Below, one piece after another: positions 59,659 through 64,000 of a stretch of DNA of 64,000 nucleotides. Source of the DNA: an uncultured Methanomicrobiaceae archaeon (GTDB lineage: Archaea; Halobacteriota; Methanomicrobia; Methanomicrobiales; Methanoculleaceae). Position 1 is the first letter of the stretch; each line of letters opens with the position of its first letter. Below the pieces are notes generated by a model, which made no database searches, was not told the DNA's origin, and saw only the letters and a program-made list of their open reading frames with translations. A program made the position numbers and the translations under genes. The DNA lies in assembly GCA_963826525.1 (NCBI GenBank), contig CAWGXH010000004.1:448001-512000 (forward strand), written 5' to 3'.

Positions 59659-59948
59659 CCGCCTCCCTCGCAACTCTGATCGGTGGTAACCCAGGCATCT
59701 TTGAGTTTCTCCGCAAACTCTTTTTCCTCTTCGAGGAACGTCTCGATGTTCCGCTCTTCGCCGCGTCTCCGCTCGACGGCTCCCACTCCTCCGACGGGGA
59801 CGAGCTGGTCGACCCGGTAGAAGAGATGGGTACCGTCAGGCTCGGCGTACTGCAGGCCGTCTATCTCTTCGAGCGCGATGACCGTGCCCGACGTTCCTGT
59901 TCGGGGATACCGCACCGGAATACCGACTGCAACCTCGTCAACGTTCAT
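59655..59948 (-). CDS. DUF2098-like methanogen protein
   Basis: VRYPRTGT.G.V and C-terminal CEGGG. Confidence 0.75.
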   Translation of the reverse strand: MNVDEVAVGIPVRYPRTGTSGTVIALEEIDGLQYAEPDGTHLFYRVDQLVPVGGVGAVERRRGEERNIETFLEEEKEFAEKLKDAWVTTDQSCEGGG

Positions 59949-60003
59949 GCGGTAGGGTGTAATCTGCTAAACTATAAATGATCCCCTTGCCTGATCTGTA
60001 CCG

Positions 60004-61179
60004 ATGAAGTGCACGATCCGGCAGGTTGAGAAGCGTTACTTCGACGGCACGCACCGGTTCAAATCCCCCGAGGAGACATACGCCGATATCGCCCCGCTGA
60101 TGGATCAGATAGGAGTCACCGAGGTCGTCGATATCACCTCCCTCGACCGTCTCGGCATCCCCGTCTACTCCGCCGCCCGGCCGAACGCCGCCCCCGGATC
60201 GGTCAAGGTCCATGCGGGGAAAGGGAAGGAGCCGATCCACGCGGAGGTCTCTGCCATGATGGAGGCGCTCGAGCGCTACTGTGGCGAGTACCACGGCGAC
60301 CGAATGGAGTATGCGACCTACGCGGAGATGGGTATCCATCGGGCGATCGACCCCGAAGATCTCCTTCTCCCGCGCCGGGTCGGCCAGCACGAGAAGATCC
60401 ACTGGAGTCCCGGGTGGGACCTGCTCAATGACGAGGAGATCTATCTCCCGAGCAACGCCGTCTTCCACCCCTACGATACCCTCGGCATGACGATGCCGAT
60501 CTTCCGGAGCGATACGAACGGGCTTGCGTCCGGGAACGTTCTCGAGGAGGCGATCCTGCACGGCATGCTCGAGGTGCTGGAGCGGGCGGATCTCAGCATC
60601 GCCGAAGAGCAGCGCTCGCTCGGGCAGCGCCTCGTAATCGAACACGACTGCCCCGCCCGAGAGGTGATCGAGCGGTTCGAGGAGAACGGTATCCGGATCC
60701 ACCTCTGGCTGCTCGAGGGGAAGACCGGAATTTCGACGGTTGCCGCGGCGGCGGACGACACCGTCACTCGCGACCCCGCCATGCTCGTCATGGGCTCCGG
60801 GACCCACACCTGCCCTGAGATCGCCGCACTCCGTGCGGTAACCGAGGTGGCGCAGAGCAGAGCCAGTTACCTGCAGGGCGGCCGGACAGACCCGCAGCGC
60901 GAGCTCTTCATGCAGAAGGTCGGCTACGAGCGGTTCAAGCGGATCAACAAAATGTGGTTCGGCGATGCCGAGACCGTCGATATCGCGGACCTGCCCGATT
61001 ACAGCACGGCGTACTTCGACGAGGATATCCGGCGGACACTGGACGAGATAGGCGAGCACGCCGACCGCGTCTGCGTCTGCGACCTCTCCCGGACACCGGT
61101 GCCGGTCGTCCGGGTAGTCATCCCCGGCTTCGAAGTCTCGCATATCGATAAGGACCGGCGGCGCGCAGGCTCCCCATAA
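60004..61179 (+). CDS. ycaO: YcaO-family McrA-glycine thioamidation protein
   Basis: THR..SPEET, LDRLGIPV, GKG, SAMME.LER, TNGLASGN, EV.ER and E.AQSR. Confidence 0.92.
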   Translation: MKCTIRQVEKRYFDGTHRFKSPEETYADIAPLMDQIGVTEVVDITSLDRLGIPVYSAARPNAAPGSVKVHAGKGKEPIHAEVSAMMEALERYCGEYHGDRMEYATYAEMGIHRAIDPEDLLLPRRVGQHEKIHWSPGWDLLNDEEIYLPSNAVFHPYDTLGMTMPIFRSDTNGLASGNVLEEAILHGMLEVLERADLSIAEEQRSLGQRLVIEHDCPAREVIERFEENGIRIHLWLLEGKTGISTVAAAADDTVTRDPAMLVMGSGTHTCPEIAALRAVTEVAQSRASYLQGGRTDPQRELFMQKVGYERFKRINKMWFGDAETVDIADLPDYSTAYFDEDIRRTLDEIGEHADRVCVCDLSRTPVPVVRVVIPGFEVSHIDKDRRRAGSP

Positions 61180-62157
61180 TCAATAGAACTGCACTTTTTT
61201 CAGGATGGAGACGATCTCCTCCGTCGCATGCCGGACGGACACTACCTCCTCTCCCGCAGGGTCAGAGCGCCTGCCCTGCAGCGCACGGAAGATGTGACGG
61301 ATCGCTTCACCGTGGCTCGGCCCGTAGCCTCCTTCGAGGACGAGGGCGAGAGCGATGTCGGTGCAATCGGCGAGAAGGCCGGTCAGCACCCCGAAATCCG
61401 CCGGAACGAGCAGCATCCTGCCATGCTCGTCGTCGAAAAGAGGATCCTGGCCTGCCGAGACGATCAGCACATCGGGTTTGAAGCGATCGATCGCCGGGAT
61501 GAAGACGTCCCGGAAGACGAGGAGGTAGTCGGCGAGCGTCGAGCCCGGCAGGAGCGGGGCGTTGAGCGTATACCCCCGCCCCCGGCCGGTGCCGACCTCG
61601 TCCACCCACCCGGTCTTTGGAAAACTGTTCGCCTCGTGAACGGAGCAGTACAGCACCTGGTCGCTGCCGTAAAAGATAGACTGGGTGCCGTTCCCGTGGT
61701 GCAGGTCCCAGTCGAGGATAGCGACGCGGTCGACGGACAGAAGCGCCCGTGCCGCTGCCACCGCGGCGTTGTTGAATATGCAGAACCCCATCGCCCGGTC
61801 GGCCTCGGCGTGGTGGCCGGGCGGGCGCACCAGGGCAAAACAGTGTTCTCCGTCGAGCGACCGATCCACCGCCGCACAGGCCGAACCGGCAGCATAGGAG
61901 GCCACCTCGAAGGACTGGCCGGTGACGTAGGTGTTTGCGTCGAGATAGTACGTCCCGCTCGTAAACTCGCGGATCCACCGGACATGCTGGGGGCGGTGAA
62001 CCCGCTCGAGGTCGGCGACCGACGCCCGGACCGGGTCACGCCACTTCAGCCCGTCCGGAACGCCGGAGAGCACCGTCCGGAGACGGGCGCCGGATTCCGT
62101 ATGGTGCTCCATGTCGTGGCGGGCAAACACGTCACCGTAAACTACCGAGCACCTCAT
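61180..62157 (-). CDS. Histone deacetylase family protein
   Basis: RPPGHHA, GFC.FNN, DWDLHHGNGTQ and LEGGY. Confidence 0.93.
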   Translation of the reverse strand: MRCSVVYGDVFARHDMEHHTESGARLRTVLSGVPDGLKWRDPVRASVADLERVHRPQHVRWIREFTSGTYYLDANTYVTGQSFEVASYAAGSACAAVDRSLDGEHCFALVRPPGHHAEADRAMGFCIFNNAAVAAARALLSVDRVAILDWDLHHGNGTQSIFYGSDQVLYCSVHEANSFPKTGWVDEVGTGRGRGYTLNAPLLPGSTLADYLLVFRDVFIPAIDRFKPDVLIVSAGQDPLFDDEHGRMLLVPADFGVLTGLLADCTDIALALVLEGGYGPSHGEAIRHIFRALQGRRSDPAGEEVVSVRHATEEIVSILKKVQFY

Positions 62158-62163
62158 TGCACG

Positions 62164-64000
62164 TTAGTTAATGGAGCTGCCCTGCTGGATAGCATCTTCG
62201 GTGACGTCGAACGTGAGCGTCGTGCCTGCGATCCGGTACGGCCCGGTCGCCTTCACCTCACCCTGGCTGCCGGTCGTGGCGTACGGGACGACGAACGTAC
62301 CGTTGACGCTCTCCTGCCGGTAGGTGAAGGTTCGACCCGTGTTGGTGACGATCGGAACCTCGATCGTGCCCTCGCCCCGGATCGTCGCACCCGGCACGTA
62401 CTCGAAGATCTTGACGTACTTGATCGTCGCCGGATAGCCGGAGAGGCCGAGCGGGGACTCGTGGACGAGCCGGTAGTGCTGCAAGGCGCCGACGCGTTCG
62501 GCCGGTGCATTGATGGTGGTGCTGACGACCGTCGCGTGCGACCCTGCGGGTGCATTCTTATTGAACGCCTCGACGGCTGCCGCGGCCGCGGACGCATCCA
62601 TCGTCTGCGAACTGGTGATCACGGGGAGGGAGGTTCCGGAGAGACCGGCATCGCGGTACTCGACGTAGTAGACCGACGACGCATCGGTCATGGAACCATC
62701 GAAGTTGTGAAGCCGTGAGACCATCGTCTCGTAGTAGTTCTGGTTAAAGGGTGCAACGGCGGTGTAGGAGGTCGATCCGGGCGCCGAAGCCATCAGGAAC
62801 TGCGGCTGGAAGGGGGTCACGCCCGCCGTAGCGTTCGCCCAGGTGGCCATGGCCCAGAACTTTCCGGTATCCATCTCGATATCGGTGATGACGTACCGGG
62901 CGCCGAGCTGGTCGAGAATATCGTTGGCCGTCTCTTCCGAGGTCGCGGTAAAGTATGCCGCGGCTCCGTTCGGCCCGGCAACACCACGCTGGAACGGATT
63001 CGCGGTCGGAATCCGTTTCGATATAAACGTGATCCAGTGACCGTAGTCCCACCAGGACATCACGCCGTAGGCTTCGGCGGGGTAGGTGTAGGAGTTCGTC
63101 GTCGATCGCATAGTAGTCGACACCGGTATCGGGCGTGTTCGCCCCGAGCCAGGCGAGCGACTCCTGCCACTGCGAGTTCATACTGTTGTAGTGTGCGCTC
63201 GAGGAGAGCGCGATATCGCTCATAGTGGAGGAAGCGGCGAAGAGGAGACCGACAGCGACGACCGCCGCCACGGCACCCACTTTCAGGTAGTCGGGCTGGT
63301 GCTTTGCCGCGGCTTTCGGCTTCTGCGGCTTTGCGCCCTTCTGCCCTTTCTTGGAGGGCTCCGAATGGGCCTTCTCGCCTTCGGGACCCGGAGGAGACTG
63401 TTCCGTCCGGCCACCGACGAGACGGCGGATCTCCGGCCATCCGGCGCTCGCGACGAAGCCGATGAAGATCGCAGAGAGCAGGGCGATGTTGACGGCGAGG
63501 TAGTACTCGGTACCTGATGTGGGCGATCGTCGAGTAGAGGATGACCGCCGACCAGATGAGGACGAAGATCTGGGCGGGATGCTCTTCACGCCAGTTCCGG
63601 TAGGCGAGCGTGATAAAGCCGCCCGTCATCAGCAGGAGACCCCAGTGGAACGTTCCCCAGGCGTCGGCGAAACTCCATGCCCGGGCCTCCTGGACGGTCG
63701 TCGTGATCGCCTGCGAACCGAAGAACCCGGAGATGCTGCTCATGATGATGGCAAAGAAGTCGGGGGCGGCGGCAAAGACCGCAAGAAGCCCGAGGACGGC
63801 GATCCCGACGATCGAGAGCGGGATAGAGGTATTTCGGCCTATCTTTCAGGTATACCGCAAGGCCGTACAGGACGAATGTGCCGACGATCACGAGGAGGTA
63901 GGCGATGACGTGCATTATCGAGTACCTGGGAGAGGCTGAAACCAGCGTGCTGGATGCCGACGACGAACATCCCGAGGATGGCGACGCCGAAGACCACCAG
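62164..64000 (-). CDS. aglB: Oligosaccharyltransferase AglB (STT3); 5' end outside the window, frameshifted
   Basis: WWDYG motif, TVQEA, NPFQ, D.GKF.AM and TM-rich upstream fragments. Confidence 0.92.

Overview
This is an archaeal window from a Methanomicrobiales methanogen; the 16S sequence and gene content look Methanoculleus-like. Left part (1-10 kb): a partial radical SAM gene, a Cache lipoprotein, an RNB ribonuclease, a LUD protein and a complete minus-strand rRNA operon (16S, tRNA-Ala, 23S, tRNA-Cys, 5S). Middle part (~10-50 kb): a mosaic accessory region between the rRNA promoter and a tRNA-Gly/tRNA-Val pair. It carries small cargo enzymes, surface proteins, a Cdc6 plus primase-helicase replication cassette, virus-like orphan genes and two families of long repeat units that alternate with unrelated cargo genes. 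Right part (50-64 kb): conserved core genes (htpX, thi4, rdgB, kae1-bud32, S27ae/S24e, rpoE'/spt4, eIF2-gamma, nikR, ycaO, HDAC, aglB). Single-base frameshifts interrupt even essential genes, so most splits are probably sequencing errors rather than true pseudogenes. All family assignments come from motif recognition; no searches were run.
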